Source: Dicyema japonicum
Taxonomy: Eukaryota; Animalia; Dicyemida
Reading direction: 5' to 3'
DNA: 63,839 nucleotides
Assembly (NCBI GenBank): GCA_011109175.1
Contig: RDEW01000087.1
Span: forward strand, 62,162 to 126,000
Position 1 is the stretch's first letter, and each line of letters starts with the position of its first letter. The translations under genes were made by a program, and so were the position numbers. The notes under the pieces were generated by a model. It was not told the origin of the DNA. It did no database searches and saw only the letters and a list, made by a program, of their open reading frames with translations. Shown here piece by piece: positions 50,335 through 62,200 of the stretch.

Positions 50335-52335
50335 ACTTAGTAGATCAATATTACTTAAATTTTAATTTTAAAACTTTTCACGGAGTCTATTTTGTTTTTC
50401 TCTTTGTTGGTAAGCTTATAACAATTATATTCACTATTAAACCAGTGATTTGAGGCAATAAAAACAATAAGTAAAGGTCGACAAATTAGTCACTCAATTA
50501 TGTAAGAAAAGCAGGCGCTAAATTAATTATACACATGCAAATCACAATGACACAAAAATGGATAGTACCTAGGACTTTGAGAAATGCACATGAAAAAGGT
50601 TAGGAGGATATTAAAAATATGGGATTATTGAACATATCCTTTTCATAATAAATAGTGCTGAATTTCATNACAATAAGTAAAGGTCTACAAAACCAGTCTC
50701 TTAATTATGTAAGAAAAGCAAGTGCTAAATTAATTTTTCACATGTAAATCACAGTGACACGATGATAGATAGTACCTAAAACATCGAGAAATGGTCATGT
50801 ATAAAGTTAGGAGGCTATTAAAAATATGGGATTATTGAACATATCTTTTTCACAATAAATAGTGCTGTATTTCATTCTGTCACTTTGGAAATTCTCGATT
50901 TCAAGAACAAGACCGTCTTGGGCCCTAAGACTCTTGTTGTCTTGAAACCACCGAACTGCTCGAGGAATGTTTTTATTCCGTTGGGGAATTTGCTATCGTT
51001 CCATATGAGACACACTAATTAATTCGATTTATATGAGGGTTTGGTTTATTTGATATTAATGATTATAAGTCTATTAAATAATGTGATTAACCATTATTGA
51101 TTAAAAAAAGTTCAATAATTTCATTTTTGAGTTAACACGTTAAATAAATTATTCTACTGGATGCAAGTTTTAGAGAATTTTTATTTTGGTTAAGCAGATT
51201 TAATAAGAATTGACTTGGCATTGATTGCATGATTGCTAATTCGAGTTTTTTTGTGTTTTAATGACATATATAGTTGACCTATTATAAATATGTGATTTTG
51301 ATCAGTCAAATTCTACCAACTACTAACTGTTTAGAACACGTGGAATTATAATCTACAAATCACCTTATATAAAATTTTTTGGCGAAAAGCGAGTGTCCGA
51401 CCATAGCTTATTAACTGTACATTGTATACTATTGAATTTGCACTTAACAAAGATTGTGTCCATCTTCGAAGAAGACTATGTCAATTTCGTATTATGTTAG
51501 AGAATTGTTTGGTTCATCAATTAAACAAACCAAAACTAACGAGAAATCATATTTTGTTAAAATTAAATAATTTAAAAGACATGATTAATCTTTATGGATA
51601 CTCCATGTAGGATTTTTATTTTATTAACCCCGAAATCACGAGAAAGATAATAAAATTTATCGTCTAATTAAGTGATCCCGGTATCCATCACAGTCCTTTT
51701 CATCCAGTCCTTTTCATGCGGTTTATCTACACAATGGGGAAGGTTTCTTCTCATATCTTGGGCAGGCGTCCATATATAGTCTGTTGTCCGGCCCGAGGGG
51801 ATTTTCAAGGGACTTTGCCATCTTAAGGAAGTTCTTATGACATTCCGTAAGGTATTCCATTATTGGGGGGATGTTTAGTATTCTCCGTAGCAACAAAGTG
51901 GACATCTTTTTCGACTATATAGAAGTATTCTGAGACATCGGTTTTGTAAAACTTCCAGCTTGTTCTGTGCCGATAGTGATAAGCACAGGCATACTCGATA
52001 CTAGGTAGAACAAATTGTTTGTATAGAAGCTCTAACGATGGGCGGGAAGATACTCGAGAGTGAGTGAAAGCCAAAGACCCATCAGGTTTAGTAGATCTTG
52101 CATGGACCGTGTCGCCTCTTCGATTCTTCAATGTTTCACTGCGACCACGAGATCATCCGCATACGATAAAGAATTGTGTTTTTAATGTTTGGGGATGGGA
52201 GGTCAATGAGGAACATGTTGAAGAGCATTGTTGATAACGGTGATCTTTATGTACTCCATTTAGAAGGTATCGCGGTTTTGATTTTTGATTGTTTACCATC
52301 ACTTGGCCCATTCGATGTTGAAGTTAGCCAACAAT
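50335..52335. repeat. Paralog of 21140-23660 (family 3' UTR, module A, module C, LINE 3' end), lacking module B
   Basis: Collinear blocks; single N at 50669 with a local duplication. Confidence 0.85.
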
Positions 52336-52349
52336 AACTTGAATTTANT

Positions 52350-52900
52350 TAAATTATCTTTATATTTTACATTTGGCTTAGCGTCTGATGACCAATATCA
52401 CCTTGACAAAATAGATTTTTTTATTCGTAATTATAATTATTCATTTTTAGATAATGATAATTATACGATTACAATTGATAGACATTTGATTGATAATCAT
52501 CATTTTTATTATTGTCAAATTATTTTTAAAAAGTTTCCTCGCAATATTACTTTCAATATTTCTTGTTTAACAACCAAATTATTCATTCATAAATAAAACA
52601 ACTTGTAAATTTATCCAAATGGGTTTTTTATTTATATATTTTAGGACAATCTTGCAAAAATACCACTATTAAAACAACAGTCTTTCCAGACATTACTAAA
52701 ACTAAAACTGTCAACTAAAATAATAACTCCAAATATTATTAGAACTGAAATTATAAATGTGTCAACTAAAGTGCTTACTCCAAATATTACTAGAACTAAA
52801 TTTAAAACCAATTTAACTCCAAAACTGAAAATTAGTAAATCAGCTAATAGAACAGTCATAATCGTCAGTATTAATATTAATTTTAAAACTTTTAATGGGT
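52350..52900 (+). pseudogene. Surface-protein family copy (exon 2 to stalk), begins at the N join 52348
   Basis: ASDDQYHLDKIDFFIRNYNYSFLDNDNYTITIDRHLIDNHHFYYCQIIFKKF..FNISCL; stalk TPNIIRTEI. Confidence 0.75.
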
Positions 52901-53539
52901 TATTCCGTAGTTGACTGATGTTCATTGTGTGAATTTAAAAAAGGCAAATATTGTCTAATAGATAGGAAAACGGCATATTTAATGTATGAAAACACTGATA
53001 GTGGTAATCTTTGTTAAAACCTGTCAAGAATTTATCACAAACATTAATTAAATAACTGAATAGTTGAATTTATATTATGATGATTCATTTAAAACATTGA
53101 TAATACTTGTTTTTTAAATGACTGATAGAAATTCCAAAATATAAAATTAAGCATGATTTTGAATTTTTTCATTAAAGATGATCTTGAATTCGTTTTTCAC
53201 TTTAGTCGAGTAATATTATGTCGATAAAAGATGCAGCAGAAAAAAAGGATGGAAAACTTTTTAAAAAGAGATACCATCATTGACTCGTATGTTGCAGAAT
53301 AAACGATTGGAGAGGTCTGAAAGCGCAGAAAAGAGTCCAAGCGTTTGCAGGACTTGATACCAACTGCTCCCTCTTTAATTTTCTTTGCTAATAAAGTTGT
53401 TATTGGAGAGGTCTGAAAGCGCAGAAAAGAGTCCAAGCGTTTGCAGGACTTGATACCAACTGCTCCCTCTTTAGTTTTCTTTGCTAATAAAGTTGTTAAA
53501 GTTAATAGTAATATAAATAATTAATAAGATTGTACAAGA

Positions 53540-54540
53540 AATGCTGGTCGCCTTTATACTGAGGTTTAATCAAAGTCTCACAGTTTCTCCAATCTGAACA
53601 AATCAGATCATTTCTTATTCACTTTGCCTATCATCTCTTTTTGACGACCAGAATACCTCTTCTCTTATCCGAGTCCGTCTCCAAGTTCTGACAGCACCAA
53701 ATACACATTTTGGATCTCTGGGTCGTCCGGTCTTTGTTGTAAGTTCTTGTTAGCCATCGGTTTCCTTCACTCGATGGTACTGAGTGTAAATAAATAGACT
53801 TAGGACAACTACATTTTTCAAACGGAGATTATAGAATGGTTGATTTCTTTACAACTGGCAGATAAATCCTCTGGAACAGCCAATGCATTTCCCGAAGACC
53901 CTATCGGTCTCAATAATGAGACTATAGACTTAGGACAACTATATTTTTCAAACGGAGATTATAGAATGGTTGATTTCTTTACAACTGGCAGATAAATCTT
54001 CTGGAACAGCCAATGCATTTCCCGAAGACCCTATCGGTCTCAATAATGATACTCGAGGATGAAGATTCCTGTCGTCGTAACGACAACCAGATGCAAATAA
54101 ATCTGAAGAAAGGATGGGGTGTTTTCTTATTTCAAAGTTTTCGATCCTCGTGCTGCTTGTCAGCTTTCTATTCAGAATCAGAACAACTTCGAATGGGCAA
54201 AGGTATCTGTGCATTGCATATCCCAGATCATTTGTCTTTCCCAGAGAGAAGATGAAAACCTTGATGTGTCGGGGTGGATTATCTCCATGGTGTAGGTTCA
54301 CCGGTTCCAGAGTCCACGGGAATCTCTCCTCTTCAAAATACCATCTTATGACATCGTTAATGACAAAATGTTTCGATTGTCTACGAGAAAAGGGGAGGAC
54401 CTCTTTGAGGTTAAAACCAAATCCACATCGGCAAGGATAAGGCTAGCATAGCTGAGTACGAGACAGGCCGATTTGAAGGGCATCCAGTATGAATTCAATT
54501 GACAAAGAAGGGAGTGCATTCAGTCATGCACTAATGTAAA
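53540..54540 (-). mobile_element. RTE-like LINE 3' fragments with a 130-bp tandem duplicate (53795/53925)
   Basis: Frameshifted RTE-type tracts; the duplicate is directly visible. Confidence 0.5.
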
Positions 54541-55140
54541 GGAAGAGGTGGACAAAATGCATTTCGGATTATGTAAATTGATTTTTCCAAAAAGATGTTG
54601 AGTGATCTTTTAATTTACGGCAGCCCAGTTTTTTTAATTTTTGTGAATCAGAGAAGGTATTCTTAGACTAACACCTCAACTCTATAGCCATTTTATAAAT
54701 CAGAGCAGTAATCTAGAAGAATAGTCTGGAGAGAATCTTGTAATAAGCATGTTGAAAGTTTCCAGGCTTTCGGTATAGAAGTAACAAGGAAATCTTAAAA
54801 ACATCGGATGGAACGGGTAATTTTTAATGAGAAAGAGGCAGTATGACATCAAACGTGTGCAGCTTAGCAGTGGCTCTACAATCTCTGATAGTTTCTTATC
54901 CAGAATATGATAAATAATCCTTGTGTAAATTAGTGAGCTCAATATCAAAAGGTGTTCATCAGTAATAGCAGCATTTTGGGAAAAAGACATGATCTTGAAA
55001 CGCGAATTAAAGAAATCATCTAGCTAGAGTATTAGATTACTTATCATAAAGACAATACGAAAAAAAATTGTGATAGAGGATGGGAACACTGTGATATTTC
55101 ATTTGATGGAATGACGCCAAAACAGTCTCCATCAGGCCTA

Positions 55141-56600
55141 CACCACATCCCAAGTCACAGGTCGTGTTGAGCACTTTTGGTACAGTGCCTCATTGTTGAT
55201 CGTTGTCGGCCATTGTACCCTGCACAGTATTCGTAATTGCCTTCGGTGAAAGGAGTTAAGATTTTTGGTTTCCACCACATCCCAAGTCACAGGTCGTGTT
55301 GAGCACTTTTGGTACAGTGCCTCATTGTTGATCGTTGTCGGCCATTGTACCCTGCACAGTATTCGTAATTGCCTTCGGTGAAAGGAGTTAAGATTTTTGG
55401 TTTCTGAGACCGAGGTCCCCCAGCAGGAAAAGTTATATAGCAGGACGGCTTCACGAAAGCATTAAAAAGCGCAAACGAAGCGCAATCGTTACCGGTCTGT
55501 TAACCAACAATCCGTCTTCATCAGTGCGGCCGTCAATAGTACTTTCCTCCGGGTTATGTCCTCACTGTCCCTGAAGGAGGGAGCCGAACTTTCTGGAACG
55601 TCTCCATCCCTCTTCCAATCTTGATCCCATGCATACGAATTCCACAATTTCAGTTTTAGTTGTATTCATCGTAAGAAACCATTTCCCAAGCTCTGCAGGG
55701 ACAACGTTAAGTAACCTCAAGGCTGCTTTATCTTTAGATACGAAATCCACATCATCAGCGTATATAATTTAGGTGATTTNCATCAGTGCGGCCGTCAATA
55801 GTACTTTCCTCCGGGTTATGTCCTCACTGTCCCTGAAGGAGGGAGCCGAACTTTCTGGAACGTCTCCATCCCTCTTCCAATCTTGATCCCATGCATACGA
55901 ATTCCACAATTTCAGTTTTAGTTGTATTCATCGTAAGAAACCATTTCCCAAGCTCTGCAGGGACAACGTTAAGTAACCTCAAGGCTGCTTTATCTTTAGA
56001 TACGAAATCCACATCATCAGCGTATATAATTTAGGTGATTTGGCCATTATAAAAACTTCTAAGACCACCTCCAGATATACCACGAACACCAAAGGGGAAA
56101 GGTAGTCCCCTGGGAGTACCCACAGTCATCGAAAAATTTCTGGACGACGTATTCCCAACTTGTATCATCAGTTCTGTGTTCGACAATAAAACTTCTATCA
56201 TCCTGACAGAATTCCTATTAAGGAATCCCCGCAGAGCATCAATAAGCTTTTTTCGGCGAATTGTGTCGAAAGCTCTCGACATGTCGATCCCCAATATTGT
56301 AGTTAAATCTTTGGTAAGTGGCACAACTCCACATATGCCCCCAGACCACATCAGCAGTAGATGTCTGTCCTGAATCCACTGTGGCTCGATGACAGGAATT
56401 CATTCACAGGCTCTTGTACACGATCCAGCACCACCAGAGCAAGGACCTTTCTTAGCGTATTAATTAGGATGACTGGCCGCAGGTTTTCAACAAGGCCCGC
56501 CCTCTTATTCGGTTTTTGAATCGGCACCAGAATTCCTTTCCCAATAAAGAAGGTCGTTAGTTGCTTACTTTCCAAAGTGTTCCTGACCAGGTATTGAATA
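55141..56600 (-). mobile_element. RTE-like LINE RT and post-RT region with 132-bp and 261-bp duplicates
   Basis: LRPVILINTLRKVLALVVL, GIDMSRAFDTIRR, ADDVDFVS, NSFHRRQLR.L.RVQWP; duplicates 55141/55273 and 55519/55781 (N at 55780). Confidence 0.88.
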
Positions 56601-56664
56601 CGTTCTTTCAGTGATGTTCAATCCACAAATGTGAAATTACAAATCCAACCTTTCGCATGATATA

Positions 56665-57067
56665 TCACAGCTTTTCGTGTAGTTCGACTTTTATTAAAGC
56701 AATATATATATTTCTCCATAGAACAGGGATGTCAATCACTTCAAGTCACAGCTTTTCGTGTAGTTCGACTTTTATTAAAGCAATATATATATTTCTCCAT
56801 AGAACAGGGATGTCAATCATTTCAAGTCACAGCTTTTCGTGTAACAGGGATGTCAATCACTTCAAGTCTCAGCTTTTCGTGTAGTTCGACTTTTATTAAA
56901 GCAATATATATATTTCTCCATAGAACAGGGATGTCAATCATTTCAAGTCACAGCTTTTCGTGTAGTTCGACTTTTATTAAAGCAATATATATATTTCTCC
57001 ATAGAACAGGGATGTCAATCATTTCAAGTCACAGCTTTTCGTGTAGTTCGACTTTTATTAAAGCAAT
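56665..57067. repeat. 81-bp tandem (mini)satellite running into the gap
   Basis: Unit tcacagcttttcgtgtagttcgacttttattaaagcaatatatatatttctccatagaacagggatgtcaatcatttcaag; four full units, one about 40-bp variant and one partial unit. Confidence 0.95.
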
Positions 57068-57641
57068 NNNNNNNNNNNNNNNNNNNNNNNNNNNNNNNNN
57101 NNNNNNNNNNNNNNNNNNNNNNNNNNNNNNNNNNNNNNNNNNNNNNNNNNNNNNNNNNNNNNNNNNNNNNNNNNNNNNNNNNNNNNNNNNNNNNNNNNNN
57201 NNNNNNNNNNNNNNNNNNNNNNNNNNNNNNNNNNNNNNNNNNNNNNNNNNNNNNNNNNNNNNNNNNNNNNNNNNNNNNNNNNNNNNNNNNNNNNNNNNNN
57301 NNNNNNNNNNNNNNNNNNNNNNNNNNNNNNNNNNNNNNNNNNNNNNNNNNNNNNNNNNNNNNNNNNNNNNNNNNNNNNNNNNNNNNNNNNNNNNNNNNNN
57401 NNNNNNNNNNNNNNNNNNNNNNNNNNNNNNNNNNNNNNNNNNNNNNNNNNNNNNNNNNNNNNNNNNNNNNNNNNNNNNNNNNNNNNNNNNNNNNNNNNNN
57501 NNNNNNNNNNNNNNNNNNNNNNNNNNNNNNNNNNNNNNNNNNNNNNNNNNNNNNNNNNNNNNNNNNNNNNNNNNNNNNNNNNNNNNNNNNNNNNNNNNNN
57601 NNNNNNNNNNNNNNNNNNNNNNNNNNNNNNNNNNNNNNNNN
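57068..57641. other. Assembly gap (574 N)
   Basis: Run of N. Confidence 1.
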
Positions 57642-57900
57642 CGGATGTCCTACTTGCGAACACTGAATGAAATCGGTTCAGAGCGATCCCGTAAATTTGA
57701 GAAACATATTGGCACTTCTAAAGGAGCCATTACTATTTGTTATCTATCTGGTAGCTGCCCTTCGGGATTTAGGAGCCAAAAGTATACCGACTTTAATCAC
57801 AGAACTAATTTACGCTTATGACGTAGACTTTGTTTCTGAGTACATAAAGGAGATCAGAGCTGCTCTAAATCATGCTCCATGAGCATTCTTTGGATGGTTT
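57642..57900 (+). mobile_element. RTE-like RT fragment
   Basis: PLLFVIYLVAALRDL...ELIYAYDVDFVSE. Confidence 0.7.
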
Positions 57901-58399
57901 CTGAAAATTGGCGTCAATGGATTAACTTTCTTGTTGCGAATGTGCATGTAATAATCTTTTGTGGTGTGGTGCATATCTGTTTCTGACGAATTTAATGAAA
58001 CATATTCTCTTCCTGCTTAAATGGAAATTGAAAATACAGTTTAAGTGAGATGTCTGCTTCAGGGACTGTCCTGAAGATTGAATTGTGTCCGACTAACACG
58101 CTATGCTACAAGCTTCGAAAGTCATGCTGGATGGTGTGATTCACTCTTACAAAGTATAGTAGGCGAGCTCAAATCCAGAGTAATGGATTGTCTGTCATCA
58201 CAGAGTCGTTCAATGAAAATTTCAGAACTGCTGAGTCTATCTCGGATGTTAAAAAACTAAGTCCACGATCGGGGGCCTGCTTTGAGATTCTTACCAAGAA
58301 TAATCCTTGTAATGTACAGTACTATAAACTGTTAAGAAGTTACCTGAATTAAACTTTAAAATTAGAGAATACAATCCTCCAACTACAAAGAAGATTCCT

Positions 58400-59200
58400 C
58401 TGTCTAAATTTTGGATAGCAAACTACTTTTTGTAATGAACAATGCAATTAAGGAGTATTCAAAGACATCCAACCTTGGATAACTGAATTCTTGAAGAACT
58501 ATTTCCAGAATGAAGTAGACAAACTCAATGATCGTTCGATTTGGGATGTCTCTATTATTTAAGCACTTACGCATAGAGTAGCAAATTTACAGTTGGTCAC
58601 TCAAGTATTTTAAGGTTACGAACACGTAATACGGACTTGCTTATGGCTTTCCACGTTATGAATAGGGTCTGGTAGTATTTATTACCCAGACTTGTTATAT
58701 CACAAAAGTTAAAAGCCAGGAAAATTACATTGTTCACCCTATGAAATAGAGGGGGATAACCCTAAAAGTGTAGTTAAATGATTACCCATTTTTAATTAAG
58801 TCAATATCAGACTTTTCTCTTGTATTATTCGCTCATCAAATAGACAAGGTCGAAGATTTAAACGAATAAGGCAATACTGAAGGCTTTTCTGTATCTTCGA
58901 TACCAACCAAGTAAGAGAAATTGGAAGGGAAGGAAAAATCCTTGTTGTTTTTGAGTACGTGGATAATTATTGATTTCTCCCATAACATAGGGATAAAACA
59001 TGGAGAATTCATAAATGTCCTTGAGAGCTTGGAGTCCCTTAGGTCTGAAGTGTCCAAGTGTAGAATACTTAATGGCCTTTGACAGGAGAGATCGCGCATT
59101 TTGGATAAAGTGATGGATTATAGAATGCCTGGTGGTTGGATATCTCAGATTGGAATGTGAGAATAATGATTTTATTATAAAGAAATGAGAAACAAAGTAT
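58400..59200 (-). mobile_element. Degenerate I/Jockey-like RT fragment
   Basis: IPMLWEKSIIIHVLKNNKDFSFPSNF resembles IP..WK.S.I+.+LK..K....P.N+RPI. Confidence 0.5.
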
Positions 59201-59284
59201 TAGTATTAAAAAGATGGGCCATAATAAGCAATTTGTATGGCTGCTGCTTTCTTGAGTTCCTCCACACTACATATATATATAATA

Positions 59285-62200
59285 CTACCTCTTTAGGACT
59301 ATAGGTTTCTTTACGACAGACTGGAATGCATTCTCTACCAAGTCAATTATTGAATCTCTCAAAATGATAAAGTTCCTCGACAACTCCCTCTGGTACTCAC
59401 GCTGATTGGAATCAATGAGGAAAGGATTAACATTCACGGCCACATAAGCTCTAAAGTAACAAAAATGATTACGATGTGATCATCTGATTTAGGAGATCTA
59501 CCAATTGGTAGTGATAAATGGTTGGTTTCTCTTTCCCCTCAATCAAAGGTTTGAGGAATAAAGCAGCCATTTCTCTAAGTCCCTAATATTAGAGGTCATA
59601 TCAACCAGATTAACGACTGTCTCCACTATTGACTGAACATTTAGCTGGATAAGAGTAGAGTTGGGGGTCTTTGATGCCATGTAGTAATTAAGATCGTTGA
59701 CTTTACGAGTCAAATCGTCGATGGCGACTTGAATGGGGGACAAAATAATCTTTGTTGTTAAATGCGTTAACCTCATGAATTTTGATGATTCTGCTGTAAA
59801 CTCTAATGTATGGTAGCCACTCATTTGTGGTAAAGACATATCTACGGATATGTTGGCCTAATATTCCATCTTCCTTTTTTCCTTGGAAGAATGGAATAGA
59901 TGTGCAAAATGTATCTAATATTAAATAAGAGGTGACTTGATGCCAAAGGAGTGTTGTCTGAGGGATAAATCTCAACTGGCCCTACAATAATCATATTCTG
60001 TGTTAATCAAATATATTACATCTTCATTGGATATCTTTTTGAAGTCCCCTGTTGTATCGATTTTAACAATAATTTGATGTTCTCCGTAAATTAGATCCAT
60101 ACATTTCTCACATATTTACCTCTACTACCTGAATACGAACACATATTGCATTCCCACCCTCACCCTCCTTTCCCAGGTAAATGTAATCCCTTCCCCCAAA
60201 CTCTTTGAATATCTTTCCAATATAGTGACATCGGTAAAAGCTGTGTTTTTCAAAGTTCTGCAATAATTACAAAAATAACAGATGTGGAAATGATTTCATA
60301 AAACTCCCGTAGGTTTCCATGAATTTGTGTCAACTTAGGAAAGTTTCTCTCCATGTAATGAAAGGGGATCGACAGTTTGAGTAGTTTCTCGGCCTGATCG
60401 TATAGTTTAGCCTACGTCAGCTTTAAGACTACCAATTTGAAAAAGACGACTGTCAACTCAAGAATATCAGTAAATCCAGAAATAGTGAAATTTCTAATGT
60501 AATCCAATATAGTGAAAGCTGGAATAATGCTCTCTTCGGCAACATTTGGGGATATTGCCTAAATTACACTGACAAATACAGAAAGGTCAATGTTAGCAAG
60601 ATCAGGGGAATGTGAGAAACCCTTCCTAATATAGTCATATGAGAGAGCTGTGGCTTGGAGAAGACAATAGGCTGCCTCAATTTGGTTGCCATACTGATAT
60701 TACGACTAAAACAACCTCACTGTGTTTTCTAGCTATTTTCTGAAGCCATTCCAACCGAATCTCTGAATCAGGCCTGTAGCTGTTGGCAATGCTGATCATC
60801 AGGTCTATCACTGTTTCAGGGTCATTGGATTCCTGCAGAGTTAAGTAATTGTTTATTATCGAACGGGCTATCTCTATTGGCTCAGTCACCTACCTTCACT
60901 AACAAACACACCTTGAATTTATTATTTATCAAAAAATCCTCTTTTTGCATACAATTATAGTTTTCCACGTATTTTACCCCAATCATTGTGTTTTTCAACA
61001 CATTTACACGATCAGACAATATTAGCTTACTCAATGACTTTAGAATAGCCACGAGGATGTACCGGGATTTCTACGGTAACTAGAATGTGTACATTTGAGT
61101 CCTCAGAGTATTTAAGGAGAAAGAAATAAACCATAAAACTGGCCTGGCATTGCAAAACTGGAATGGTGGAGGACAACAAACTAAAACTCGTGAAGACCAA
61201 AGCTTCACAAGCCCAACAATCCCAAAATTGTTTAAACTAAACTCACATGAAATCAATACTTGGTAAGCAAGTCTCCGAATTAAGTGGAAAGTTTGTATTT
61301 TGACATCACTGGAGTTCTCCAACTGTAGAATAACAGAGTACAACAGCATTATGCAGTTTATAATGTCTTGTGAGATATTTGTACGACTTTGAACCACAAA
61401 CTAACAAATATTAAATAATGCTACTGAAATGTACTTTTCACAAGTATTCATAACCATCGCTGACACTTCTATGTTAAAGTGGGCTGAAAGAGTTGCCTCC
61501 ACCTCCACGTCAATGTTACTCCTCTCAGAACCCCCGGAGATGTTGTGAAGTCCTGGCTTTACTTTATAGCGCAGGCCTAAGGAGGAAGAAACTCCTTTGG
61601 CTGGATCTGTTCCTCTGTTCAGAACCATCTTCATGTATTCGTGCCTGGCTCCACCAGTCCCCATCAGACTTTCTTCCAGTTTGAACTTTACAGATTTGGT
61701 TTTTCTGAGAACATTGACAGAATACTGTTGGTGGTACTTTTTTCCCTAAAATAAGTGGTTGGGTAACCTTGTATTCGAAAGTGTAGAGACAACTCCTCAT
61801 AATGCACAGAACTCTGCGAATATGACTATTTGTAGAAAATTCAAATATGCTTTTCATACTTTCATGACTTAAATTCTCCAAAATGTATTTGAAACAAAAT
61901 AATAAGTTGTTTTTGCTCACATTATTGACTCTCCCGGGAATCATTGAATTTTCCTTAGTTGGGTTAGTTTCTGTTATTTTTTGATTATTAAACAAATCTG
62001 ACAAATATTCCCTTTCCAAATTCTCTGATAAACCGTAAAATTCAGAGATTATGAAAATAAGTGGAATAAACATATCCACAATGTTTGCCTTTGTCTCCTG
62101 ATCGTCAAACCGAGGATCGCAGTCAACGTAAATAAGCAAATTTTTGAACAACCGAGAGGATCGATTTTGTAGGGAAGGATTACTGAGTGTTAATAAAAAA

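Noticed and set aside
52641-52925. Very hydrophobic minus-strand ORF suggesting a membrane protein
   Set aside because: Antisense of the Thr/Ile-rich stalk repeats.
56657-57821. ORFs of 323, 201 and 75 aa with SHSFSCSSTFIKAIYIFLHRTGMSII repeats
   Set aside because: Artefacts of an 81-bp (3n) satellite and the N gap.
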